The notes below the pieces were generated by a model. That model saw only the letters and a list, made by a program, of their open reading frames with translations. It was not told the DNA's origin and made no database searches. Position numbers and translations under genes: made by a program. From NCBI GenBank assembly GCA_017537345.1, contig JAFYKY010000012.1, forward strand, positions 134,665-198,664: DNA of 64,000 bases, read 5' to 3'. The DNA comes from Clostridia bacterium (lineage in GTDB: Bacteria > Bacillota > Clostridia > Oscillospirales > CAG-382). Below, piece after piece: positions 22,758 to 32,399 of this stretch (positions within the stretch are counted from its first letter, which is position 1; each line of letters opens with the position of its first letter).

Positions 22758-24539
22758 ATGGCAGAATTACTTGGAAATTCAAAAAGAACTCACTATTGCG
22801 GTGAGTTTACTATACAAAACGTAGGCGAGCGTGCCTGCGTAATGGGCTGGTGTCAGAGACAGAGAGACCTTGGTTCTCTTATCTTTATCGACCTGCGTGA
22901 CAGAAGCGGTATCGTTCAGCTGGCTTTTGACGAAAACACCGAAAAAGAGATTTTCGATAAAGCTTTCGGTATAAGAAGCGAATACGTGCTTTGCGCAGAG
23001 GGCGTGGTGCGTGAACGCTCCTCCAAAAACCCCCAGATCCCCACAGGTGATATTGAGATAGCGGTGGACGAATTGAAGATCCTTTCCGTATCCCAGACAA
23101 CACCTTTTGAAATAACCGAAAACTCCCGCGCAAACGAAGAGCTTCGCTTGAAGCACCGTTATCTCGACCTGCGCCGTCCCGACCTTATGCAGAATCTTTT
23201 GTTCAGACACAAGGTTGCCAAGGTCACCAGAGATTATTTTGATGAAAACGGCTTTGTGGAAATAGAAACCCCCATCCTTATCCGTTCTACTCCCGAAGGC
23301 GCAAGAGACTATCTTGTTCCCAGCCGTATCAGAAAGGGCTCCTTCTACGCTCTGCCTCAGTCTCCCCAGCTTTACAAACAGCTTTCCATGGTTGCGGGAT
23401 TTGACAGATATATGCAGATCGCCCGCTGCTTCCGTGATGAAGACCTGCGTGCGGACAGACAGCCCGAATTCACCCAGATCGACTTTGAAATGTCCTTCGT
23501 TCAGATGGAGGACGTGCTTAATATAGGCGAAGGCTACATCCGCCGTGTGTTCAAGGAAACCTTGGGCGTGGACGTACCTGCCATCCCCCGCTATACCTAC
23601 CGTGAATGTATGAACCGTTACGGCAGCGATAAGCCCGATATGCGCTTTGGTATGGAAATTGTTGATATTTCCGATATAGTCAAAGGCTGTGATTTCTCTG
23701 TGTTTACCTCCGCAGTTGCCGCAGGCGGCAGTGTAAGAGGTATAAACTGCAAGGGCTATGCGGAAAAGCTTACCCGTAAAGAGATAGACAAGCTTACCGA
23801 ATACGCAAAGGGATGCGGCGCAAAGGGACTTGCGTGGATAAAGAAGGTTGGCGGCAACACCACCTGCTCTTTCGGCAAGTTTATGACAGAGGACGAGCTT
23901 AACTGCATCTGCACCCGTCTTGATTGTACCGACGGTGACGTGGCATTTGTTATTGCAGACACAAACGATAACGCAGTGCTTACCCAGCTGGGTCAGCTCC
24001 GTGTTGAGGCGGCAAACAGACTTGACGTTCCCAGAGAAGGCTACAGCTTCCTTTGGGTAGTGGAATTCCCCTTCTTTGAAAAGGACGCGGAATCCGGCGA
24101 ATGGATGGCAATGCACCACCCCTTCACCGCGCCTCTTGATGAATGTCTGCCTTATCTTGAATCGGATAAAGGCTCGGTCCGCGCAAAGGCGTATGACCTT
24201 GTGCTTAACGGTATCGAACTGTCCTCCGGCTCTATCCGTATAACCGACCCTGCTTTGCAGGCAACCATTTTCCGTCTGCTTGGTCTTTCCGATGAAGAAG
24301 CACAGCAAAAGTTCGGCTATCTGCTGGATGCATTCAAATACGGCGCACCTCCCCACGGCGGTATGGCGCTGGGTCTGGACAGACTTGTAATGCAGATGCT
24401 GGGCGCTCCCACCTTGCGTGACGTTGTGGCGTTCCCCAAGGTATCCAACGCATCCGAGCTTATGACAGACTGCCCTGCCGAAGTACCTTTGCAGGCACTT
24501 GCGGATCTGGGTATAAGTATAGATAAACAGGAGAAATAA
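22758..24539 (+). CDS. aspS: aspartyl-tRNA synthetase
   Basis: ORF opens at TTG 22734, but ATG 22758 (MAELLGNSKRTHYCGEF) is preferred. WCQRQRDLGSLIFIDLRDRSG, FRDEDLRADRQPEFTQID, GGMALGLDRL. Confidence 0.93.
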   Translation: MAELLGNSKRTHYCGEFTIQNVGERACVMGWCQRQRDLGSLIFIDLRDRSGIVQLAFDENTEKEIFDKAFGIRSEYVLCAEGVVRERSSKNPQIPTGDIEIAVDELKILSVSQTTPFEITENSRANEELRLKHRYLDLRRPDLMQNLLFRHKVAKVTRDYFDENGFVEIETPILIRSTPEGARDYLVPSRIRKGSFYALPQSPQLYKQLSMVAGFDRYMQIARCFRDEDLRADRQPEFTQIDFEMSFVQMEDVLNIGEGYIRRVFKETLGVDVPAIPRYTYRECMNRYGSDKPDMRFGMEIVDISDIVKGCDFSVFTSAVAAGGSVRGINCKGYAEKLTRKEIDKLTEYAKGCGAKGLAWIKKVGGNTTCSFGKFMTEDELNCICTRLDCTDGDVAFVIADTNDNAVLTQLGQLRVEAANRLDVPREGYSFLWVVEFPFFEKDAESGEWMAMHHPFTAPLDECLPYLESDKGSVRAKAYDLVLNGIELSSGSIRITDPALQATIFRLLGLSDEEAQQKFGYLLDAFKYGAPPHGGMALGLDRLVMQMLGAPTLRDVVAFPKVSNASELMTDCPAEVPLQALADLGISIDKQEK

Positions 24540-24542
24540 CCG

Positions 24543-25529
24543 ATGATCGAGATAATCGACGTTTACAAGAATTTTGGCGATAAGCAGGCGGTAAAGGGCG
24601 TTACCTTTAACGTAGAAGAAGGGGAGATAATGGGCTTCCTCGGCCCCAACGGCGCAGGAAAGACAACCACCCTTAACATACTTACCGGCTATCTTTCCGC
24701 ATCCTCCGGTACCTGCCGTATCGACGGGGTGGATATACTTGAAAACCCCGTGGAAGCAAAGAGAAAGATCGGCTTCCTTCCCGAACAGCCCCCTCTTTAC
24801 GTGGATATGACAGTAAAGGAATACCTTTCCTTCGTGTATCAGCTTAAAAAGTGCGTGCTTCCCAAGGATGCACACCTTAAAGAGGTTTGCGAGGTTGTAA
24901 AGATAACCGACGTATTCAACCGCAAAATAAAGAACCTTTCCAAAGGCTACCGTCAGCGTGTTGGTATTGCTCAGGCGCTTATCGGCAACCCCAAGGTGCT
25001 TATATTTGACGAACCTACCGTTGGTCTTGACCCCAAGCAGATAATCGAGATCCGTAACCTTATCCGTGTTCTCGGTAAACAGCATACGGTTATCCTTTCC
25101 ACCCATATACTCCCCGAAGTTCAGGCGGTGTGCGACCGTATCGTAGTTATCAACAAGGGCGAGATAGTGGCAAACGAGCGCACGCAGGACCTTATCAACG
25201 CAGTAGACGGCTCCCGCAAGCTGGTTGCAAAAATTGTAGGTCCCGAAAACGACGTACTTAAAGCAGTAAAAGCCCTTCCCGGCGTAAAATACGCAGAAAT
25301 TCTGGGCAAGAGAGATACGGATTCCACCAGTTATCTTATCGAATCCGAGGATAAAGTGGATATCCGCAAGCCGCTGTTCGCGCTTATCGCAAGAAACAGC
25401 TGGTATCTTATCGGTCTTGAGGGTATGGAACTTAACCTTGAAGATATCTTTATCCGTCTTACCGAAAAGAGAAAAGAAAAAGAAACACGCAAGAGCGTAA
25501 GAAGAGTAAGAAAGGCAGGGGAAGAATAA
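24543..25529 (+). CDS. ABC transporter ATP-binding protein (ABC-2/GldA-like)
   Basis: 328 aa. GPNGAGKTT, LSKGYRQRVGIAQAL, LIFDEPTVGLD. Starts 3 nt after the aspS stop. Confidence 0.88.
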   Translation: MIEIIDVYKNFGDKQAVKGVTFNVEEGEIMGFLGPNGAGKTTTLNILTGYLSASSGTCRIDGVDILENPVEAKRKIGFLPEQPPLYVDMTVKEYLSFVYQLKKCVLPKDAHLKEVCEVVKITDVFNRKIKNLSKGYRQRVGIAQALIGNPKVLIFDEPTVGLDPKQIIEIRNLIRVLGKQHTVILSTHILPEVQAVCDRIVVINKGEIVANERTQDLINAVDGSRKLVAKIVGPENDVLKAVKALPGVKYAEILGKRDTDSTSYLIESEDKVDIRKPLFALIARNSWYLIGLEGMELNLEDIFIRLTEKRKEKETRKSVRRVRKAGEE

Positions 25530-26236
25530 TGTGGGCTATATATTGTCGTGAGCTTCGCTCATATTTCACCACGCCTATCGGCTACGTGTTTGCGGGAATG
25601 TTCCTTGCCGTTTCCGGCGCGCTGTTCTCCGCAACGGTACTGCTTCAGGCAGACACTTCTATGATGTCTATGTACTTTTTGTGCCTGATGTTCGTTTTTG
25701 CAATACTCATTCCCTTGCTTACAATGAAGCTTTTTGCAGACGAGCGCCGCACAAAATCCGAGCAGATACTCCTTACCGCCCCCATCTCTCTGGGCGCAAT
25801 GGTAATTGCAAAGTTCCTTTCCGCACTTACCGTTTTTGCCGCAGTTCTGGGCGTGAATTCCTTTAACTTCTATCTGCTTTATATATACGGCAACCCTTCC
25901 TTGTCTTATATATTCCTTAACGTGCTCACGTTGTTCCTTATCGGCGCGGCGTTTATCGCAGTGGGCGTGTTCATATCTTCTCTTACAGAAAGCCAGCTCA
26001 ATGCCGCTATCGGCTCTATGGGACTTATTGTAGTAATTCTTTTGCTGGGCGTGCTTGTTAACTCCATTCCCGTTGAATGGGTGCGTAACATTATCAAGTG
26101 GTTTTCCTTTATAGACAGATACTCTACCATGGCCTCCGGTATACTGGATCTCAGCGCGGTAGTATACTTTATCAGCTTTACGGCAGTATTCCTTTTCCTT
26201 ACCGTCCGTGTATACGAAAAGCGCCGCTGGTCATAA
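25529..26236 (+). CDS. ABC-2 type permease (GldF-like)
   Basis: 235 aa with 6 hydrophobic helices. TAATG overlap with the ATPase gene. Confidence 0.8.
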   Translation: MWAIYCRELRSYFTTPIGYVFAGMFLAVSGALFSATVLLQADTSMMSMYFLCLMFVFAILIPLLTMKLFADERRTKSEQILLTAPISLGAMVIAKFLSALTVFAAVLGVNSFNFYLLYIYGNPSLSYIFLNVLTLFLIGAAFIAVGVFISSLTESQLNAAIGSMGLIVVILLLGVLVNSIPVEWVRNIIKWFSFIDRYSTMASGILDLSAVVYFISFTAVFLFLTVRVYEKRRWS

Positions 26237-26251
26237 GGAGGTAACAAAACA

Positions 26252-27772
26252 ATGGCAAACAACAACAATAAGAAAATGTCCTTCGGTGAGCTTATAAAGA
26301 GCAAAAAGTTCAGATACGGCTCTCTTTCCGTAGTGTTTACCGCAGTGACCCTGGCGTTTATTATCGGTATAAACCTTATTATCACCGCGCTCAACGCAAC
26401 CCATATTTTTTCCATAGATATGACAGCGGAAGAGTTCTATTCCATTTCAGATACCACCGTGGAATATCTTGAGGAATTGGGCGATGATTTTGAAATAACC
26501 ATTCACTTCTGCACTGCCCGCGACAGACTCGAGGAATACGAGCAGGGCGGCTACAACTATTTCCGTATGGTGCACGAAACGGTGCTTGCCTTTGCGGAAA
26601 AATTCCCCGATAATATCGAAGTTGCGTATTTCGACGTAACCACAGATCCCAAATACGTAAACGATATCAAGCATTATACCCAGACCACCCTCAACGCCAG
26701 CAACATTATCGTAGAGGGTAAATACCACACCCGTATACTTAATTTTGACGCGTTCTTTATGGTAGCCGAATCCGACGGATCGCTCTATGCTTACAACGGC
26801 GAATCCAGAATGGTTTCCGCCATTACCCAGTGCTCTATCAAGGAGCCTTATTCCGTTCTGTTTACTCAAGGCCACGGCGAAACCGTTCCCACCACTCTCG
26901 TTTCTCTGTTTCAGGATGCGGGCTTTGCCACCCGTAGCATAGACCTTACCGCCGCAACGGAGGAAGAGTTGGAAGAAGCCTTCAAAACCGCCCGTATAAT
27001 GGTTATCTGCGATCCCCAGAAGGATCTTGCCGGCTACGATAAAAACAACCCCAACGCAGACGACGAAACGGATATTATAAACAAATTCCTGGGCGGCAAC
27101 CGCGCGCTTATGGTATTTGTGGATGCTTCCACTCCCGATCTGCCCAACCTGCGTGAATATCTGAGCGAGGTTTGGGGTCTGGATTACGAGCCCAATAACA
27201 TTCTTTCCGACCAGACCCATTCTCTTATGCTTAACAAGAACAATATTCTTGCACAGCCTGCAGGCGAATCGGGTACTATCGCCGCACAGCTTCACATTTC
27301 CTTTGCAGACGATACGGATATAAAGACTGTGTTTGACGATACCGTAAAATTGGTAAACGGCAAGGCGGCAAACGGCGCGTCCGTAGGCACCTCCTTTACC
27401 TCTTACAGCACAGCAACAGATAAAAACGGCGTTTCCGGCGCCTTCCCCATATTCACCATATCCACCGTTATGGATTATGACGACACCAACACCGCAAGAT
27501 ACCAGTACGTAACCCTTTGCGGCAGTACGGAATTCGTATCCAACGCAAGTCTTTCCGCCCAGTACGGCAACCGCGAGGTTATAGAAGCGGCGGCAAGAAT
27601 GATGGCGACCGAGCGCGTTTCTCCCGATATAGATTACAAGGTATTTGCAGATACCGCCCTTTCTCTTGAAACGGGCGAAGCAAAAACACTTTCCGTTATA
27701 GTTATCGCCGTAGCTCCCCTTATAATTCTGGTGCTGGGTGTCGGTGTTTATATTAAGAGGAGACACCTGTAA
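26252..27772 (+). CDS. GldG-like ABC transporter auxiliary protein
   Basis: 506 aa. N- and C-terminal TM anchors with a large external domain. This is the typical third gene of GldA/F/G-like modules. Confidence 0.7.
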   Translation: MANNNNKKMSFGELIKSKKFRYGSLSVVFTAVTLAFIIGINLIITALNATHIFSIDMTAEEFYSISDTTVEYLEELGDDFEITIHFCTARDRLEEYEQGGYNYFRMVHETVLAFAEKFPDNIEVAYFDVTTDPKYVNDIKHYTQTTLNASNIIVEGKYHTRILNFDAFFMVAESDGSLYAYNGESRMVSAITQCSIKEPYSVLFTQGHGETVPTTLVSLFQDAGFATRSIDLTAATEEELEEAFKTARIMVICDPQKDLAGYDKNNPNADDETDIINKFLGGNRALMVFVDASTPDLPNLREYLSEVWGLDYEPNNILSDQTHSLMLNKNNILAQPAGESGTIAAQLHISFADDTDIKTVFDDTVKLVNGKAANGASVGTSFTSYSTATDKNGVSGAFPIFTISTVMDYDDTNTARYQYVTLCGSTEFVSNASLSAQYGNREVIEAAARMMATERVSPDIDYKVFADTALSLETGEAKTLSVIVIAVAPLIILVLGVGVYIKRRHL

Positions 27773-30238
27773 ATGAAGCGCAACGAAATTATTTATACAG
27801 ATGCCGAAACCTTTACTCCCGAAGAGGAAAAGAATGAAGGCATAACCGCGGAAAGCTCCACCTTTGCGTCTGCAGGGGCGGAAAACGGCAAAGCCAAAAA
27901 AACCGCAGGCAAGCAGACAAAGGTTGTGGTCATCTGCCTGCTGGTTGCCGCCGCGTTACTTATCGGAGGATATTTTATATTCCTCCACGAGCCTGCCACC
28001 GATATGGAAGAAGACCCCTTTTACCTTCTTACCGCCGAAGGAAAGGACGCTTTGGAGGATATCTCCGGCACCATCTCCTTTAAGGACGAAGAAGACGCTC
28101 TGTTTGCAGACAGCACCGCCAGCGTGGTATATAAATTCGCTCTTTCTGTGGGCGAGGTCGGCAAAATAAAGGTTAAAACCGGCTCGGGCAGTGAATTCTG
28201 CACCGTTTCCGCCAACGGAAATCAGGTTTCCTTTAAAAAAGAAGAGTTTTTCCGTTTCCTTAAAGACGGCACGGCATACGCTTTTGACGGCGAGAATATG
28301 TTTGTAAACTCTTTCCTCTCTCTTTGCGGGGAAGAAAAGATCGAACTTTCTCTCCGCGCAATGAACGGCTACGATACGGACGGGGACGTGGTAACCTCCA
28401 CGGGCAAGCCCTTTATGTACCCCTCTATTACCAGAAGCGACGTTGCTTCCATTACCGTTCAGAACAAAAACACCACCTTTAAGGTGTACAGAGAGAGCAA
28501 ATCCTCCTCCACCTTCTATATCGAGGGAGCGGAGGGCGTTCAGCTCAACGCAGAAGCCTTCTCATATCTGGTGGTAAATGCCACCTATACCTGCGCGGAA
28601 GGAAAATTAACAAACCCCAAGGATTTCTCCCAGTACGGACTTGAGGGGGACGGCTCCACCGCCAAGATCACCATTAAGACCAACAAGGGCGATACACACG
28701 TGCTTATTATAGGCGATAAGGATTCCTCCGGCGCATATAATTACGCCCGCTACGAAGGCAAGCCCCACGTGTATATGCTCCTTAATTCCGACGTTGAATC
28801 CACCTTTGCCGCAGGAGGCGAAACCTTCCTTACCGCTAATCTGGTTTATTCCATTTCGGATACAAACGAAATTTATTCCATAGACAAAATGTCTATGTAT
28901 TTCCGCGATCTTGATCAGGCGCTTACCATCCGTCTGCGCCGCGCAATGTCCGCCTCCTCCAATCTGGTGCTTTCCAACCAGGAAGCAGACGTGGCAACAC
29001 TCCTTTCCGACCTTAAGCGCGCCCCCGCGCCCTATTCGGATTGGACAAAGCAAGCCGCATTTATCGGTATCGGCTCCAAGGACGGAAACGCTGTACAGAT
29101 AGCGATCTCCCTTAACCGCGTTGCCGAAAACGGTAAATACAGCATTAAGATCCCCTTGGTAAAAGACGAGGGCAAGGGAGCGTACCTGCCCGAAAACATT
29201 AAGGTATGGATATATACCGATGGTGAAAACTTCAACGAAGTAAAGACCACGGGTATGGAAACCCTTAAAACCCAGAAGGATGGCACCTACGTTATCCACA
29301 CCCTTTCCTTTGAAAGCGAAAAGCCCGTTCAGTACGTGCGTATAGATTTCGAGGGATACAGCTCCCAAAAGCTGTTGGTGACCGACGAGATACGCGTTAT
29401 GGCAGGCGATCTGGACGCAAACCCTGCGGATGCGTTTATCGGTCTGTGGATGGTCACTACCGATGATTTTATTCCCGAAAACCGTAATTACGCCTACGTA
29501 AACACCACCGCATACGTTGAATATCTTTTGTCCGTATGTACCTTGGTGGGCGACGAGGTAGTTGAATTCGGTATCGAGGAAATGGACCTTGCCAAGTACG
29601 GCTTGGGCAAGACCGAGGATGGGGAAGGAACCGATCCTGCCATTACCATCCACTACGTTTACGGCGCATATACGATGGATATCCTCCTTTCCGACCCGTT
29701 GGAGGATGGATCCCGCTACGCCGCTTCAATGATCACCACTCTGGATTCGGAGGGCGAGGAGGTTAAGTTCGTTAACCCCTATATCGCAAAGGTGTATCTT
29801 GAAACTGCGCCCTGGATGGATTGGGAGCCTCTGGATTTTGTAAGCTCCTCTCTGCTGTATATGTATATTGATGACGTTAACGAGATCAAGTTCACCTATG
29901 GCGGCGAAAGCTACAATTTCGTTATCGGTAAGGACGAGGCGGGTATAGCCCAGTCCGCAACCTGCAACGGAAAAGAAATCGATATGAACGCGTTCAGACA
30001 GTTCTATATCAAGGTTATAAACGTTTCCCGCGAAGGGGAATATAAGCAAGGGGACGAAACGGGCAGTGAAATGCTGCGTATCAACCTTGTAAGCGAAACC
30101 AAATCCGATGAAATTATATTCTACCGTGTAACCTCCTCCAAAGCCTACTATACCATAGACGGCGCAGGCGGATATTACACGCTGACCTACGAGGTTTCAC
30201 AGCTTTTGGATAAGCTGGAAGAAATTATAGGTAAATAA
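27773..30238 (+). CDS. DUF4340-like membrane-anchored protein
   Basis: 821 aa. Single N-terminal TM (VVVICLLVAAALLIGGYFIFL) and a large extracytoplasmic beta-rich region. Position after the GldG-like gene is typical of DUF4340. Confidence 0.6.
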   Translation: MKRNEIIYTDAETFTPEEEKNEGITAESSTFASAGAENGKAKKTAGKQTKVVVICLLVAAALLIGGYFIFLHEPATDMEEDPFYLLTAEGKDALEDISGTISFKDEEDALFADSTASVVYKFALSVGEVGKIKVKTGSGSEFCTVSANGNQVSFKKEEFFRFLKDGTAYAFDGENMFVNSFLSLCGEEKIELSLRAMNGYDTDGDVVTSTGKPFMYPSITRSDVASITVQNKNTTFKVYRESKSSSTFYIEGAEGVQLNAEAFSYLVVNATYTCAEGKLTNPKDFSQYGLEGDGSTAKITIKTNKGDTHVLIIGDKDSSGAYNYARYEGKPHVYMLLNSDVESTFAAGGETFLTANLVYSISDTNEIYSIDKMSMYFRDLDQALTIRLRRAMSASSNLVLSNQEADVATLLSDLKRAPAPYSDWTKQAAFIGIGSKDGNAVQIAISLNRVAENGKYSIKIPLVKDEGKGAYLPENIKVWIYTDGENFNEVKTTGMETLKTQKDGTYVIHTLSFESEKPVQYVRIDFEGYSSQKLLVTDEIRVMAGDLDANPADAFIGLWMVTTDDFIPENRNYAYVNTTAYVEYLLSVCTLVGDEVVEFGIEEMDLAKYGLGKTEDGEGTDPAITIHYVYGAYTMDILLSDPLEDGSRYAASMITTLDSEGEEVKFVNPYIAKVYLETAPWMDWEPLDFVSSSLLYMYIDDVNEIKFTYGGESYNFVIGKDEAGIAQSATCNGKEIDMNAFRQFYIKVINVSREGEYKQGDETGSEMLRINLVSETKSDEIIFYRVTSSKAYYTIDGAGGYYTLTYEVSQLLDKLEEIIGK

Positions 30239-30240
30239 CC

Positions 30241-30951
30241 ATGAAAAAGAGTTTTCTTTGTATTTTACTTGCTTTTTCAATGGTTTTGTGCGCCTGCTCA
30301 GGCGCAGACGAAACTCATATCACCCCCGTTACCGAAAGCTTTAAGGATTTCGGCGGCGCCGATTACGGCTTTTCTTTAAGAATAGAGCTTAGCGGAAAAA
30401 CCTGTGTCCTGCTTGCAACCGGAAAGATCTCTATTGATGAAGAGCAAAAGCTTATGACGGGCGAGATAGAAGAAACCCTTATGGGTGATAATATCGGCAT
30501 AATGAAGGTGGAGTGGAAGGACGGTACTATGGTTACCGACGGTATCGAAGAACAGCTTTCCTGGGAAGAGTTAAGAGGCTCTCTCATATACGCTTTCCCC
30601 TTGTTGTTTGAAACGGAAACCGTGAAATCTACCGAAAAATCCACTACTCTTGCAGGGACTCTGTACCGCCATTATATTAAGGATAATTCCCAAAACGCTC
30701 TGCTTTATTCACTGTTGGGCTCCGCTTTGCCGGAGATATGCGGTGTGGTAAGCGTCGTTGAGGACGAAACCGAATTCAAAAATATAATGTGCGAATACAC
30801 CTTGGATAAAGAAGGCAACCCTGCGGGATATACCGTTTCGTTTACCGTTGTTTATCAGGATACTCCCCCTTACGTTCCCGGTGTTAACCAGAATAAGGAT
30901 AAATACACCGTGGAAGTGGACGTGGAGTTCCGCGCAAATTATAATAACTGA
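30241..30951 (+). CDS. lipoprotein, function unknown
   Basis: 236 aa. MKKSFLCILLAFSMVLCACSG (lipobox LCAC). Confidence 0.65.
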   Translation: MKKSFLCILLAFSMVLCACSGADETHITPVTESFKDFGGADYGFSLRIELSGKTCVLLATGKISIDEEQKLMTGEIEETLMGDNIGIMKVEWKDGTMVTDGIEEQLSWEELRGSLIYAFPLLFETETVKSTEKSTTLAGTLYRHYIKDNSQNALLYSLLGSALPEICGVVSVVEDETEFKNIMCEYTLDKEGNPAGYTVSFTVVYQDTPPYVPGVNQNKDKYTVEVDVEFRANYNN

Positions 30952-30954
30952 ATA

Positions 30955-31042
30955 TCATTTTACGGGGTGCTGTATAATATATACGGCTGAGAACATACCC
31001 GATGAACCTGTCAGATAATACTGTTGAAGGGAGAAGACGTGT
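30955..31042 (+). promoter_or_regulatory. TPP (THI-box) riboswitch aptamer
   Basis: ACGGGGTGC ... CTGAGA ... ACCC ... GAACCTG ... ATAATAC ... GGGA, matching the conserved TPP aptamer core. Located upstream of thiT. Confidence 0.85.
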
Positions 31043-31072
31043 AAAAGCGTTTGGAAAATGGTAAAAAATTAT

Positions 31073-31111
31073 CGGCTTGTTCTGTAAAAAAATAGAACAA
31101 GCCGTTTTTTT
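31073..31111 (+). terminator. riboswitch expression-platform terminator
   Basis: CGGCTTGTTCT (31073-31083) / AGAACAAGCCG (31094-31104) followed by TTTTTTT. Confidence 0.8.
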
Positions 31112-31147
31112 CTCTTAAAAAGCGTAAAACACGTCGTAATTTTAAAA

Positions 31148-31693
31148 ATGAACAAAAAACTTAAAGAACGCTTATTGATCGTTTGCGAGTGCGGTATAAC
31201 CGTAGCTCTCGCTCTGGCGCTTTGTCCGCTGGAATTGGATTTCGCTTGGCTTCAGGGCGGCGGAATCGACATACTTATGGTGCCTCTGGTAATCCTTGCT
31301 TTGCGCCGCGGCGCAGGATGGGGTATCGCCACGGGAGCCACCTTCGGTATTTTAAAATATCTGCTTTGGTCTTCCGGCGGATACGGAATACCCTCCATTT
31401 TACTGGATTACGTTTTGGCATACGCCGCTGTTGGTTGTGCAGGTTTCTTTAAAAAAGGCATCACAGGCACAGCCGTTGCAACGGGAGTGCGCTTTATCGT
31501 GCACTTTATAAGCGGTGTAACCATATACGCTATCACAGCTTCGGAAACGGTGTACGGTATCACCACCGCTTCCCCCTTTATATACTCTATTGTATATAAC
31601 GCGCCCTACGTTTTGGCAAACGGTATAATTTGCGCGGTAATCGTTACGCTTTTGGAAAAGCCTATGAGCAAAATACCAAAGAATTTTAAATAA
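31148..31693 (+). CDS. thiT: thiamine ECF transporter S component
   Basis: 181 aa with 6 TM. ThiT-like sequence, and TPP riboswitch control supports the call. Confidence 0.8.
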   Translation: MNKKLKERLLIVCECGITVALALALCPLELDFAWLQGGGIDILMVPLVILALRRGAGWGIATGATFGILKYLLWSSGGYGIPSILLDYVLAYAAVGCAGFFKKGITGTAVATGVRFIVHFISGVTIYAITASETVYGITTASPFIYSIVYNAPYVLANGIICAVIVTLLEKPMSKIPKNFK

Positions 31694-31722
31694 GACGTGC
31701 CAAAAGCACGCAAGCAGGACAC

Positions 31723-31754
31723 AAAAAACTCCCGATATAATCGGGAGTTTTTTA
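31723..31754. terminator. bidirectional rho-independent terminator (thiT / convergent TRIC gene)
   Basis: AAAAAA CTCCCGA tataa TCGGGAG TTTTTT. Confidence 0.8.
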
Positions 31755-31769
31755 ACGCATGAGTGGTTT

Positions 31770-32399
31770 CTATTCAGCTTTCGGCAATGACCATTTAAAT
31801 CTTGCCGCAAGAAAACGTATTACGATAATAACTGCCGCGGAAATTGACATAGCCGCGGTTGAGCCCAGAGGCTTCCAAAGCAAAACACAAAGAACTGCTC
31901 CCGCAAGGGAAGCGGATGCGTATATGTGCTTTACGAATATGTAAGGCGTGTTGCCTGCCATAACGTCCCGTAGCAAGCCTCCGCCAACGCCTGTAACTAC
32001 GCCTACGAACACAAGCAGGAATATATTTTCCCCTTGTCCCGCGTTTATGGCGGTGCGTATTCCCATTACGGTGAATATACCCAATCCCACGGAATCGGTT
32101 ACAAGCAAAAATATATCAAAAGCCTTTGGAGTTTTGCCTGCCAATTTCCGCACTACGGGAATAAAGGTCAGTATTCCCGTGGCAACGGCAACCAGAGCGT
32201 AAACGGGATTTCTGAATGTCATAGGCGGTGTGTTGCCCAAAACAATATCCCGTATAGCTCCTCCGCCAACAGCGGTTACAACGGCGAGTATCACCACGCC
32301 GAAAATATCCATTTTCTTTTTAAGGCCGGTAATTGCGCCTGAAATGGCAAAAGCCACCGTGCCGATAAGCTCAAAAACAAAAGTAAGTGTTTCTATCAT
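31770..32399 (-). CDS. TRIC-family cation channel (UPF0126, YadS-like)
   Basis: 209 aa with duplicated glycine-rich motif AVVTAVGGGAIRDI / GVVTGVGGGLLRDV. Start overlaps the ackA stop (TAATG). Confidence 0.8.
   Translation of the reverse strand: MIETLTFVFELIGTVAFAISGAITGLKKKMDIFGVVILAVVTAVGGGAIRDIVLGNTPPMTFRNPVYALVAVATGILTFIPVVRKLAGKTPKAFDIFLLVTDSVGLGIFTVMGIRTAINAGQGENIFLLVFVGVVTGVGGGLLRDVMAGNTPYIFVKHIYASASLAGAVLCVLLWKPLGSTAAMSISAAVIIVIRFLAARFKWSLPKAE

Noticed and set aside
22779-25106. Very long antisense ORFs. Examples: 22779-25106 minus (775 aa), 694-2043 minus, 26447-27766 minus, 28607-29653 minus, 32387-33571 plus, 36356-37132 plus, 37133-37954 plus, 39500-40744 plus, 43037-43999 plus, 49176-50120 minus, 50871-51551 minus, 58506-59339 plus.
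   Set aside because: Each lies fully opposite a gene with unmistakable family motifs (aspS/ABC, proS, ackA, tgt, mutS, miaB, spoIIE, pyrB and others). They have low-complexity, Gly/Val/Lys/His-rich compositions typical of shadow frames, and they lack RBSs.
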